Shown here in pieces: positions 35,505 to 44,696 of a stretch of 64,000 bases of DNA. Position 1 is the first letter of the stretch. Each line of letters starts with the position of its first letter. Both the position numbers and the translations under genes were made by a program. This stretch comes from Dehalococcoidia bacterium. GTDB lineage: Bacteria; Chloroflexota; Dehalococcoidia; Lucifugimonadales; UBA3495. Location: positions 2,845,695 to 2,909,694 of the forward strand of contig OY761449.1 of the NCBI GenBank assembly GCA_963664375.1, written 5' to 3'. The notes under the pieces are model-generated. The model searched no databases, was not told where the DNA came from, and was given only the letters and a program-made list of their open reading frames with translations.

Positions 35505-38069
35505 TCAGGCCACATCGCGGGCCTTTTGCTGTAGTTCGTACAGCTTGTTCAGCGCCTCCAGGGGAGTCATGCTCGACAAGTCCAGCGACTTGACTGCGTC
35601 CGAAAGCTCCTGGCCCGGGGCGAACATCGACAGTTGTTGCGATGGCGTTCCCCGTCCCGGGCTGGCCCGGCCCGCGCCGCGCCGTGATTCCAGGTCGTCC
35701 AGCACCTCCCAAGCGCGGTTGACCACGCCGGGCGGCATCCCGGCGAGGCGGGCGACGTGAACGCCGTAGCTCCGGTCGGCCCCGCCGGGCACAATGCGGT
35801 GCAGGAAGACCACGTCGCTGCCCTCTTCCGCCACGGCCACGCTGAGGTTCCGGACGCCGGGGAGCGACGCGGCCAGTTGCGTCAGTTCGTGGTAGTGCGT
35901 GGCGAACAGCGTCTTGCATCCCAGCCTGGGATCGTTGTGGATGTGTTCAATGACCGACCGGGCGATAGACAGGCCGTCGTAGGTACTGGTTCCCCGGCCA
36001 ATCTCGTCCAGGATTACCAGCGATCTCGGCGTGGCCTGGTTCAGTATGGCGGCGGTCTCGACCATCTCCACCATAAAGGTCGACTGCCCGGTTGCCAGAT
36101 CGTCCTGCAACCCCACTCGCGTGAAGATGCGATCCACCAGGCCGATGCGGGCCTCGGCGGCCGGCACGAAACTGCCCACCTGGGCCAGCAGGGTGATGAG
36201 CGCCACCTGCCGGATGTAGGTGGACTTGCCCGCCATGTTGGGGCCGGTAATCACCAGTACCCTGGCCTCGCCGGACAACTCTACGTCGTTTGGCACGTAC
36301 CGGCCCGCGGGCAGAACGCGCTCGACGACGGGATGGCGTCCCTCCCGAATGCGGATTACCGGGCCGTCGTCAACCACTGGCCGCACGTACCCGTTGTCCA
36401 CGGCCGCCTGGGCCAGTCCGGCAAAAACGTCGGCCTGCGCGATGGCGTATGACGAGCGCGCGATCACTGCGGCAGATTCAGCCACCTGGGCACAGACGCG
36501 CCGGTAGACCTCGCCCTCCGCCTCGGCCAGCCTTTCGCGGGCGTTCAGGGCGAGGGACTCGTACTCCTTGAGTTCCGGCACGATGTACCGCTCGGCGTTG
36601 GTAAGCGTCTGCCGCCTGATGTAATCGTCGGGCAGGCTGCCGGTCTGGGACTTGGACACCTCGATGTAGTAGCCGAAAACCTGGTTGTAGCCGACTTTCA
36701 GGGAACGGACGCCGGTTCTTTCCCGCTCCTTCTGTTCCAGTCCCGCGATGTACTGCCGGGCGTTGACGCTGGCGTTTTTCAGCTCGTCGATCTCATCGGA
36801 GAAGCCTTGGCGAATCACGTTCCCTTCGCCGACACTGCCGGAAGGCTCCGGCTCGATGGCGGCCTCGATGAGCGCGACGACCTCGGGGGCGGGAACGAGT
36901 TCGGCCCTGAGCCACTGCATCGCCGGGCCGAGGGCATCGAGCTGCTCCCGCAGAAATGGTATGGCCTCGAGCCCCGACTTGAGCGCCAGCAACTCGCGGG
37001 GCGCGACCGACCCGGCCACTACCCGGCCCATGATGCGTTCCAGGTCGGCCACCCCGGAAAGTACCGCCGCAACTTCTCCGCGAATGATACCGTCCCGAAA
37101 GAGACAGTCCACGGCATCTAGCCTTTGTTCCACCTCGGCCAGGTTGAGCAGCGGTTGCCCCAGCCAGCGACGGAGCAGCCTCGCGCCCATGACCGTGCGC
37201 GTGCGGTCTATGGCAGCCAGCAGCGATAGTTCCCGTTCCTGCCCGCGGCCGCCCTCGAACAGCTCCAGGTTGCGGCGGGTGCGGGCATCGAGGGCCATGA
37301 AACGCTGCGTCGAATAGACCGCCAGGTTGTTCAACTGCACCTTCGCCGACTTCCTGGTACGGTCGAGATATTCGACGATGCTGCCAGCGGCGATGACCGC
37401 CCGCGGCAGCCCCTCGCAGCCGAACGACTCCAGGGTGCGAGCGTTCAGGTGGGACAGCAGGGCCGCTGCCGCCTGTTCAAAGTCGATTCTCCGGTCATCC
37501 AAGGAAGTGAGACGCCACGGCCCGTCGGGAATGTCCACATCCGCCGCCACGCCATCGTGCGCCAGTATCTCGGAGGGCGAAATCCGGCCCAGCTCCAGGG
37601 GCAGTTCGGCGAGGGGTATTTCCGTGGCGGCAAACTCGCCGGTAGTAATGTCGGCGTAGGCCAGGCCCGCGTGTTCGCCATCAACCGCCACCGCGGCCAG
37701 GTAGTTGTTCACCTGCTGGTCCAGCAGCGAGTCCTCGAACACCGTCCCCGGCGTCACCACCCGCACCACGTCGCGGTCTACGATCCCTTTGGACGCCGCC
37801 GGGTCGCTGAGCTGCTCGCAAATGGCTACCTGGTGTCCTTTTCGCACCAGCCGGACGAGATACGGCTCCAGCGAGTGGGCTGGCACGCCCGCCATCGGCA
37901 CCCGGAGATTCCTGCCGAGGTTGCGGCCAGTGAGGGTGATGTCCAGCTCGCGGGCGACCAAACGGGCGTCGTCGTCGAACGTCTCGTAGAAGTCGCCCAT
38001 ACGAAACAGGACGATGGAATCCCGGTAGGCATCCTTGATTTTCAGGTATTGGCGGCGTATGGGAGTCAC
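35505..38069 (-). CDS. mutS: DNA mismatch repair protein MutS
   Basis: 854 aa from a GTG start: TPIRRQYLKIKDAYRDSIVLFRMGDFYETF and Walker A GPNMAGKSTY. Confidence 0.92.
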   Translation of the reverse strand: MTPIRRQYLKIKDAYRDSIVLFRMGDFYETFDDDARLVARELDITLTGRNLGRNLRVPMAGVPAHSLEPYLVRLVRKGHQVAICEQLSDPAASKGIVDRDVVRVVTPGTVFEDSLLDQQVNNYLAAVAVDGEHAGLAYADITTGEFAATEIPLAELPLELGRISPSEILAHDGVAADVDIPDGPWRLTSLDDRRIDFEQAAAALLSHLNARTLESFGCEGLPRAVIAAGSIVEYLDRTRKSAKVQLNNLAVYSTQRFMALDARTRRNLELFEGGRGQERELSLLAAIDRTRTVMGARLLRRWLGQPLLNLAEVEQRLDAVDCLFRDGIIRGEVAAVLSGVADLERIMGRVVAGSVAPRELLALKSGLEAIPFLREQLDALGPAMQWLRAELVPAPEVVALIEAAIEPEPSGSVGEGNVIRQGFSDEIDELKNASVNARQYIAGLEQKERERTGVRSLKVGYNQVFGYYIEVSKSQTGSLPDDYIRRQTLTNAERYIVPELKEYESLALNARERLAEAEGEVYRRVCAQVAESAAVIARSSYAIAQADVFAGLAQAAVDNGYVRPVVDDGPVIRIREGRHPVVERVLPAGRYVPNDVELSGEARVLVITGPNMAGKSTYIRQVALITLLAQVGSFVPAAEARIGLVDRIFTRVGLQDDLATGQSTFMVEMVETAAILNQATPRSLVILDEIGRGTSTYDGLSIARSVIEHIHNDPRLGCKTLFATHYHELTQLAASLPGVRNLSVAVAEEGSDVVFLHRIVPGGADRSYGVHVARLAGMPPGVVNRAWEVLDDLESRRGAGRASPGRGTPSQQLSMFAPGQELSDAVKSLDLSSMTPLEALNKLYELQQKARDVA

Positions 38070-38126
38070 GACAAGGCGTTCCAGCGGGGAATGATAGTCC
38101 CCATTCTATAACAAGAATATATGCGC

Positions 38127-38267
38127 CTAAGAGTGTGTTTAATAAGTTCCCTCTCCCTCCGGGGGAGGGTTAGGGTGGGGGCGTACCCCTGATTGCTCAG
38201 GAACGGCGGATGCGTCTGAAACCCGCTCTTTGTCAGTGAACCGAACCTATTAAACACTCTCTTAGAG
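38127..38267. mobile_element. MITE-like element A, copy 1 (141 bp)
   Basis: Inverted ends are ctaagagtgtgtttaataagtt and aacctattaaacactctcttag. The interior (REP plus cgtacccctgattgctcaggaacg...) is nearly identical to 60226..60364. Confidence 0.8.
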
Positions 38268-38343
38268 GGTTTTTCCAAAGCCCATTTCACCCGCAATGAG
38301 CAGGCTGTGTTGATATATGTCATTCCTGATAACACGAAGAGGA

Positions 38344-38380
38344 CGCCCTCACCCTAACCCTCTCCCGGAGGGAGAGGGAA
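38344..38380 (-). repeat. REP-like unit
   Basis: cgccctcaccctaaccctctcccggagggagagggaa. Confidence 0.9.
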
Positions 38381-38480
38381 TTGGTCGCACACCCCCTTTT
38401 AAGGCGATGAGTTCACTTGAAGAAAAAAGGCCCCTTCTCCTGTGGGAAAGGGCCGGTATTTCGGTGGGTGCTGAGGCGAG

Positions 38481-39251
38481 CTACTCTTTCCAGAAGCGCT
38501 CTTCCTTGAACCGCCAGCCCTGCGGGGGCAGCTTGGCCTTCATGTCTTCGATCATTCCGGGGTGGCCGCAGGCGTAGACCAGGGTGTCGTCCTTGGGCAA
38601 GTGATATTTCTCCAGGTATTCCTCGGCGATGGCATTGACTCGGCCCGTCTGTCCCTTCCAGCTCTCGTTCTTGGGATCGCCGGGGCGGCTTATGGTAGGT
38701 ATGAACCTGACCACGTCCGGGTGCTTCTCAGCCAACTCGGCGAATTCCACGTCGTAGGTGAGCTCGTCGTAGTGGCTGGCTCCCAGCAAAATGTAAAACA
38801 CATGGCCCTCGCGATTGTTGTGAAGGTGGTCGCGAACCATGCTGACGGAGGGCGAAACTCCGGTAACGGTAGACAGCATGAAATGGTGATGCGCCTTTTG
38901 GTCCATGGTGAAAATGCCCTTGGCCCGCGGCCGGATGGACATGGCGTCGCCCAGTTGCAGGTTCCACATCAGCGGGGTGAGTTCGCCGTCGTGGACCAGC
39001 TCCACGAAAACTTCCAGCGCGTTTTCGTGGGGAGCGGAGGCAATGGAGTAGGCCCGCTCTATCGGCCCCAGGCCAAGGGTGCAGTATTGGCCCGGCTTGA
39101 AATTGAACGACCCGCCCTCCTCGGGCTCGAACCGCATCACCATCAGGTCTTCCGTGATGTCCCGGCGCTCGACCAGGTATGCCTTCGGGAAAGCAGGATT
39201 GGGGGAGAGGTCTACGTCGCTGACTCTCCCGGTGGCCGTCGTCTCTACCAT
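38481..39251 (-). CDS. ferredoxin-NADP reductase-like FAD/NAD(P)-binding oxidoreductase
   Basis: 256 aa: FKPGQYCTLGL...RAYSIAS is the FAD-binding RxYS motif. GAGGAGG precedes the ATG. Confidence 0.75.
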   Translation of the reverse strand: MVETTATGRVSDVDLSPNPAFPKAYLVERRDITEDLMVMRFEPEEGGSFNFKPGQYCTLGLGPIERAYSIASAPHENALEVFVELVHDGELTPLMWNLQLGDAMSIRPRAKGIFTMDQKAHHHFMLSTVTGVSPSVSMVRDHLHNNREGHVFYILLGASHYDELTYDVEFAELAEKHPDVVRFIPTISRPGDPKNESWKGQTGRVNAIAEEYLEKYHLPKDDTLVYACGHPGMIEDMKAKLPPQGWRFKEERFWKE

Positions 39252-39332
39252 CGTATATCCCGCCTCCTCTTCACCTGATGTGCCTTTCAGAATCGGAACC
39301 CGTGGAATAAGGGCAAACTGAACGGGCTTTGA

Positions 39333-42161
39333 TTATTCGTCTTGCGTTCTTATCAATCGGGCTGGCCGGACATCCAGCCCGGGCAGCATCGGCGCCGGGT
39401 CGAATTCCTCGCTGGCCTCCATGTCGATTGCCAGTTGGCCGAACAGCGCGGTGGAGGCCACCATACCCCGCGGCAGACCGGCATCGAACCTTGCCACGCC
39501 CGGCAACTGGCCGTCGGCGGTCTGCACCGCAACTTTGGCGCCTTCGGGCAGGCCCAGGGACGCCGCGTCGTCAGGGTTGACGTCGACCCACTCCTCACGC
39601 TTGATGCGGTTGCGCTTCCCCTTGACAATTTCCATCTCACGATTCTGTTGCAACAGGACCCGTCCCGGCGCGAACCATAGGCCGTACCCCTCCGGCAATT
39701 CGGGCGCTGAAGCGAACAGCGAGGGAGTCAGCGGTATCGCCTTCATGTCGGAGAAGCCGTCGCTGTACAGGGCGGCGGTGCCAGGGTGGCCGGGTTCAGG
39801 GCAGGGCCATTGCAGCCCCTTGTGCTGTTTGCTCGCGTACAGCACCTGCGTGGGCTGGGGGCTTTCCAGTTGCGTCCTCAGAACTAGAGAACCCTCGCTT
39901 TCCAGCCTGCGATGGGAAATTCCGCCGTAGATGGGGGCTACCCTGGCGATTTCATCCATGATTTCCGCGGGCGTCAAAGATGGAAGGGCGTCCGGTTTTA
40001 TGCGTTGCGCCAGTTCCGTCAGCACGTGGCCTTCCGGCCTTGCTCCCGTTTCCCTGCGCGAAGCGGGGTTCAACCGTTGCACCCGGCGCTCCAGGTTGGT
40101 AAAGGTGCCGTCCTTTTCGGCAAAGGTCGGACGGGGCAGCACCACGTCGGCCCGCTGGGCCAGCGGGGTGAGGAAAGTGTCGTGCACCACCAGCAGGTCG
40201 AGATTGCCGAAAGCGTTGAATGCGTCGCCGATCTTTCCGTTGGTGAAATTGGGGCTGTCTCCAATGACCACCGTCGCCTTCAGTTTGCCGCTCGCGGCCG
40301 CGTCAACCATCTGCGCCACGGGCAGACCGGGAGCGTCCGGGAGCGCAGCGCCCCACGCCGACTCCAAGGCCGCGCGGTCGTCCGCATCGGATACCCGGCG
40401 GTAGCCGGGCAGGCGGTCGGGGACGCAGCCCACGTCCCAGGCGCCCTGTTCGTTGGCGCCGCGACGCATGGGATAGAGACCGGTGCCCGGCCGGCCGATG
40501 TTGCCGGTCAACAGGGCCAGGTTGACCATCGTGAGCACGCAGTTCCGGCTCTGAGTCCGGTCGATATTGTCCAGCCCGTATACAACGGCGGCTTCTGCGG
40601 CTTCTGCGAACATGCGGGCGGCAGCAGCGATTTGTTCCTCTGAGACCCGGGTTTCCTCAACGATTTCCGCCATTTCCCGGGAGCGCAGTGAATAACGGAG
40701 GGTGGCGGGGCTCTCGCAGTTCTCCTCCAGCCATTCTTCGCGTTCCAGCCCCTGGTCAACGATGCTCCTCAGGATGCCAGCCAGCAGCGTCAGCTCGGTG
40801 CCGGGCGCCGGGCGCAGCCAGATGTGGGCGTAGCGGGTCAGCTCAACCTCGCGGGAGTCAATCACTACCAGCTTTGTGTTCTTACGGGCGGCCCGCTTGA
40901 TGGGAACGGCAACCACGTTCTGCTCTTCGGTGACGTTGGTGTTGAACGCCAGAATACAACCCGCCCGCTCCAAGTCCCAGATGGGGTTGGTGGCCGCCGC
41001 CACCCCCAGCGAATCCTCCAGACCCAGCACCAGCTCCGGGTCGAGATTGGAGGTGTGGTCAACGTTGTTGGTGCCCATCACCACCCTGGCGAATTTCTGC
41101 GCCAGGTAATGCTCCTCGTTGGTGCTGGTGGGCGAGGTGAGCAGCGCGAACTCATCGCCGTTCACACTTGCGAGACGCTCGGCCACAAAATCCAGCGCCT
41201 CGTCCCACGTAGCTTCAACCAGAGCATCCCCCCGGCGTATAAGCGGCGTCTGGAGACGGGCGGAGTCGTTGACGAATTCCAGGCCGAACTTGCCCTTGAA
41301 ACATGCCTGGCCCTGGTTGGCCGGGGAGTTGATTTCCGGGACTGCCCGGATTAGCTCATCCTTGCCGTTGAACTCCAGGTTCAACTGGCAACCCACGGGA
41401 CAGTGGGGGCAGATGGAGCGCTCGACGCGACGCGCCTTCTCCCACTTGTGGCCCCTTTCCACCAGTGCGCCCACCGGGCATACGTCGATGCAGGAGCCGC
41501 AGAACTCGCAACCCGACTCCAGCAGCGACGTGCCGAAGGATGTCCCCACCAGGGCCTGGCCGCTCCGCTCGGTGAAGCCGATGGCGTCATCGCCCCGCAA
41601 CTCCTCGCAGGCGCGAACGCAACGCCCGCAGACTATGCAGAGGTTGTAGTCGCGGTCGTAAAAGGGATCGGACACCTCGAGGGGAATGTCGCGGTACTTG
41701 TAGCCCAGCGGCGACTCGAGGTTCATGCCCAGGTAGCGAACGGTGTCCTTGAGTTCGCAACGCTCGTTCTTGGGGCAGGTAACGCAGCGGTCGTTGACCG
41801 AAACGTGGCGAAGGCATACGTCGCTGGGGCCGCAGATGTCGATGCGATGGCAGGTCAGGCAGCCGTTGGGATGCTCGGCGATCAGCATCTCCATCACGGA
41901 ACGGCGCAACTGGTCCACGGCCGGGATCTGGTTATGCACCACCATCCCGTCCGCCACGGGCAGCGTGCAGGCCGCCGGGTATCCGCGCTGCCCTTCCACC
42001 TCGACGACGCACATCCGGCAGGCCGCGTAGGGCTTCATGCCGGGGTGGTAGCAGAGGTAAGGCAGGTAGAGACCCGCGTCAATGGCCGCCTCAAGGACCA
42101 TCTTGCCGGGCTGGGTGGTCACCTCAACGCCGTCTATGCTTATGGTGATGTCGTCGGGCAT
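39333..42161 (-). CDS. NuoG/FdhA-like Fe-S molybdopterin-oxidoreductase-fold subunit
   Basis: 942 aa with an N-terminal 2Fe-2S region (CYHPGMKPYAACRMCVVE) and 4Fe-4S motifs, followed by a MopB fold. The FDH active-site region reads GTNNVDHTSNLDP, with no Cys and no TGA. Confidence 0.75.
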   Translation of the reverse strand: MPDDITISIDGVEVTTQPGKMVLEAAIDAGLYLPYLCYHPGMKPYAACRMCVVEVEGQRGYPAACTLPVADGMVVHNQIPAVDQLRRSVMEMLIAEHPNGCLTCHRIDICGPSDVCLRHVSVNDRCVTCPKNERCELKDTVRYLGMNLESPLGYKYRDIPLEVSDPFYDRDYNLCIVCGRCVRACEELRGDDAIGFTERSGQALVGTSFGTSLLESGCEFCGSCIDVCPVGALVERGHKWEKARRVERSICPHCPVGCQLNLEFNGKDELIRAVPEINSPANQGQACFKGKFGLEFVNDSARLQTPLIRRGDALVEATWDEALDFVAERLASVNGDEFALLTSPTSTNEEHYLAQKFARVVMGTNNVDHTSNLDPELVLGLEDSLGVAAATNPIWDLERAGCILAFNTNVTEEQNVVAVPIKRAARKNTKLVVIDSREVELTRYAHIWLRPAPGTELTLLAGILRSIVDQGLEREEWLEENCESPATLRYSLRSREMAEIVEETRVSEEQIAAAARMFAEAAEAAVVYGLDNIDRTQSRNCVLTMVNLALLTGNIGRPGTGLYPMRRGANEQGAWDVGCVPDRLPGYRRVSDADDRAALESAWGAALPDAPGLPVAQMVDAAASGKLKATVVIGDSPNFTNGKIGDAFNAFGNLDLLVVHDTFLTPLAQRADVVLPRPTFAEKDGTFTNLERRVQRLNPASRRETGARPEGHVLTELAQRIKPDALPSLTPAEIMDEIARVAPIYGGISHRRLESEGSLVLRTQLESPQPTQVLYASKQHKGLQWPCPEPGHPGTAALYSDGFSDMKAIPLTPSLFASAPELPEGYGLWFAPGRVLLQQNREMEIVKGKRNRIKREEWVDVNPDDAASLGLPEGAKVAVQTADGQLPGVARFDAGLPRGMVASTALFGQLAIDMEASEEFDPAPMLPGLDVRPARLIRTQDE

Positions 42162-42173
42162 TTCGCTCCCTTG

Positions 42174-42210
42174 TTTCCCGCTTCCCTTGGGAAAGGGTTA
42201 GGGTGAGGGC
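42174..42210 (+). repeat. degenerate REP-like unit between the nuoF-like and nuoG-like genes
   Basis: tttcccgcttcccttgggaaagggttagggtgagggc. Confidence 0.7.
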
Positions 42211-42226
42211 CTTCCCCTGCCGGATG

Positions 42227-43963
42227 CTACCGGCGGGAACGCGCCGGCGAGTATCTCGGTTGATTGCAGACGCCCGTGGGACAGGTGTGCCTGAGAATAT
42301 GATCTTCGAACTCTCCGGGGAAATACCGCAGGGCGGACGACACGGGATTGAATCCCAACTGGCCGTGTCCGCAGAGGGAACCGGCCTGCATGTTCTCGCC
42401 GGTGCGCCGCATCAGGTCCAGGTCTTCCGGCTCGCCCTGGAGGTCGCAGATGCGTTCCAGCACCTCCAGCAGGTGGCTCATGCCCATCCGGCACGGGAAG
42501 CACTTGCCGCAGGACTCGTATTGGCAGAAGGCAACAAGGGCGCGCGTCAAATCGACGACGCAGGTGTCTTCGTCGGCGGCGATGATGCCGCCGGAGCCCA
42601 GTATGGCGCCAGCGCTGCGCAGCACGTCGAAGTCGAGGATCAGGTCCACGTTGTCCGCGCCAAGCACGCCGCCCAAGGGGCCGCCGGTCTGGAGGAATTT
42701 CAGCTTCTTGCCGCCGCGGATACCGCCGGCCGCATCGTACAGCACGTCTTTGAGGTTGATACCGAGGGGCACTTCCATCATGCCGGTATAGTTCAGCGCC
42801 CCGGACAGGCACAGGATGGCCGTGCCGGTGCTGCGGTCGTGGCCGATGCCAGCGAACCACTCGCCGCCGCGGGACATTATTTCCGGCACGTAGGACAGCG
42901 TCTTGACGTTGTTGATATTGGTGGGCCGCCCGAACAGTCCGAACTGCGCCGGGAAGGGCGGACGGAAGCGGGGCATGGCCCGCTTGCCCTCGATGGCCTC
43001 CATCAGGGCGCTTTCCTCTCCGGCCACGTAGGAATCCCCGGTCAGGGCAACCTCGATATCAAAGTCAAAGCCGGAACCCAGAATGTCCTCGCCCAGCAAG
43101 CCGAGCTCCTGGGCCTGGGCAACCGCGGCGCGGCAACGGTCAATGGGGCCGTCGTGGCCGTGGCGGATGAAGATGTATCCCTTGCTGGCGCCGGTGGCAT
43201 AGCCGCAGAGGATGACGCCCTCAACCAGCGTGTGCGGGTCGCTTTCCAGGATGGCCTTGTCGTTGAACGCCCCGGGGTCACCCTCTTCGCAGTTGCAGAG
43301 CACGTACTTGTCCCGCGACGGATTGCCCGCCAGGAAGCGCCACTTGGTCGCCGTGGGGAAGGCTGCGCCGCCACGCCCGCGGAGTCCCGACTCGTTCACC
43401 TGCTGGAGGGCATCGTCGGGGGTCATTTCCGTCAGCGCCCGGTTGAGCGCCCGGTACCCCCCGTTGGCGATGTACTGGTAAATGTCCAGCGGGTCGATGT
43501 TGCCCGCGTTACGCAGCGCAACGCGGTTTTCCCAAGCCCGCATAGGGTGTAGAGCGAGATCCCTCAACCCGGCGGGAGGAACAAAATTGTCGTCGGCATC
43601 GGGAGGGGCGAGATAGCCCAGCGCCAGCTCGGTAACCGGCTGGCCTCCGGCGACGTGGCCCGCCACGACTTCACCGGCGCGCTCCGGGTCAAAGTTTCCG
43701 TAGAACACGCGCGGCCCTCCCGGAAGCTGCACGTCCAGCAGCGGCTCGGCAAAGCAAAGTCCGATGCACCCGACTTCGGAAAGTCGGGCGTCCACGCCCC
43801 GGCTCTCCAGGGCCGACCGCAGTACCTCTACCACCTCAATGCCCCCGGCGGCCTGCCCGCACAGGGCCGTGCCCACCCTGAGCCATGGCCGTTCGGCCTC
43901 CGACTCCCAGCGCCGCAGGGCCTCTCGCTCCAGTTGCTCAAAACTAGCGGGCATGGACTTCAT
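42227..43963 (-). CDS. NuoF-like NADH-binding FMN/4Fe-4S subunit with an N-terminal thioredoxin-like ferredoxin extension
   Basis: GLRGRGGAAFPTATKW and ESCGKCFPCR are NuoF motifs, and about 150 extra N-terminal residues are present. The start is taken at MKSMPASF (43963); the track ORF runs to 44044. Confidence 0.8.
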   Translation of the reverse strand: MKSMPASFEQLEREALRRWESEAERPWLRVGTALCGQAAGGIEVVEVLRSALESRGVDARLSEVGCIGLCFAEPLLDVQLPGGPRVFYGNFDPERAGEVVAGHVAGGQPVTELALGYLAPPDADDNFVPPAGLRDLALHPMRAWENRVALRNAGNIDPLDIYQYIANGGYRALNRALTEMTPDDALQQVNESGLRGRGGAAFPTATKWRFLAGNPSRDKYVLCNCEEGDPGAFNDKAILESDPHTLVEGVILCGYATGASKGYIFIRHGHDGPIDRCRAAVAQAQELGLLGEDILGSGFDFDIEVALTGDSYVAGEESALMEAIEGKRAMPRFRPPFPAQFGLFGRPTNINNVKTLSYVPEIMSRGGEWFAGIGHDRSTGTAILCLSGALNYTGMMEVPLGINLKDVLYDAAGGIRGGKKLKFLQTGGPLGGVLGADNVDLILDFDVLRSAGAILGSGGIIAADEDTCVVDLTRALVAFCQYESCGKCFPCRMGMSHLLEVLERICDLQGEPEDLDLMRRTGENMQAGSLCGHGQLGFNPVSSALRYFPGEFEDHILRHTCPTGVCNQPRYSPARSRR

Positions 43964-44450
43964 CCTGGCGCGGAGTTGACGGCGCATCATCCCGCAGCAG
44001 CCCGGAGACACGTTCGGCGGCGGAATGCGGGGTGACCCGGCCAATCAGGTGATGGTCTACGGACATCACCGGGGCAAGCGAACATGCGCCCAGGCAGGTG
44101 TTGAACCGGACGGACAGCCGGTGATCGGGGCGTTCACCCTCGTCTTCCAGGCCGGACGCCTCCAGCACGGCCTTCACCACCGCCATCGAGCCCATCAGGT
44201 GGCAGGAAGCGCCCCAGCAGACCTCGACCTGGCGCTCGGCGGGCGGCTGGAAACGAAAGTTGGGGTAGAAGGACGCAACCGCCCACACGTCGTTGACAGT
44301 AGCGCCCATAAAGTCGGCCACCAGTTCAACGGCTTCGCGGGGGATGTAGTGCAGTTCGTCTTCGACAGCCAACAGCGAGGACAAAACAGTTACGGTAGGC
44401 TGCGGCTGCCCCCGGACGGCCCGGTCTATCCTTTGTTCCAGACCATCCAT
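43944..44450 (-). CDS. NuoE-like 2Fe-2S subunit
   Basis: VCWGASCHLMG...CLGACSLAPVM. ATG 44450 (MDGLEQ) has AGGAG upstream; the track ORF runs to 44498. Confidence 0.75.
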   Translation of the reverse strand: MDGLEQRIDRAVRGQPQPTVTVLSSLLAVEDELHYIPREAVELVADFMGATVNDVWAVASFYPNFRFQPPAERQVEVCWGASCHLMGSMAVVKAVLEASGLEDEGERPDHRLSVRFNTCLGACSLAPVMSVDHHLIGRVTPHSAAERVSGLLRDDAPSTPRQDEVHAR

Positions 44451-44615
44451 TCGGCAAGACTCCTGGGTACGAAAGCCGATACCGCCCCGCCGGTTCACGG
44501 GGATGGCATCGCTTTCCCTATCCCATTCGTGAAAGAATTTACAATCGTTCCGATACTACCATACCGCCGGATTCCCGTTCAACACAGAGCAGCCATCAAT
44601 TACGGCCATCAGCAC

Positions 44616-44653
44616 GGAAAAGCGACAGGAGCGAGCGCACGGCCCGCTCCTGT
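44616..44653 (-). terminator. candidate intrinsic terminator after the UGSC gene
   Basis: On the minus strand, ACAGGAGCG-11 nt-CGCTCCTGT is followed by CGCUUUUCC, 44 nt after the stop. Confidence 0.4.
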
Positions 44654-44696
44654 TTGCTATGGCCGGGTCTCACCGGGCCGCGCCGTCGGTACAGGT

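Noticed and set aside
38317-38577. Short ORFs that translate the repeat families (for example 38317..38577, 32279..32479, 10411..10605, 9303..9488, 48444..48686, 26623..27123), giving peptides such as PLPEGEGI, SFRRKPESR and IPAFAGMT.
   Set aside because: They are composed of REP, hairpin or MITE sequence in arbitrary frames, recur in both orientations and lack RBS context. I treat them as non-coding repeats.
39333-42161. The NuoG/FdhA-like protein could be a selenocysteine-containing formate dehydrogenase.
   Set aside because: The ORF is continuous with no internal TGA. The region corresponding to the FDH active site reads GTNNVDHTSNLDP, without Cys or Sec.
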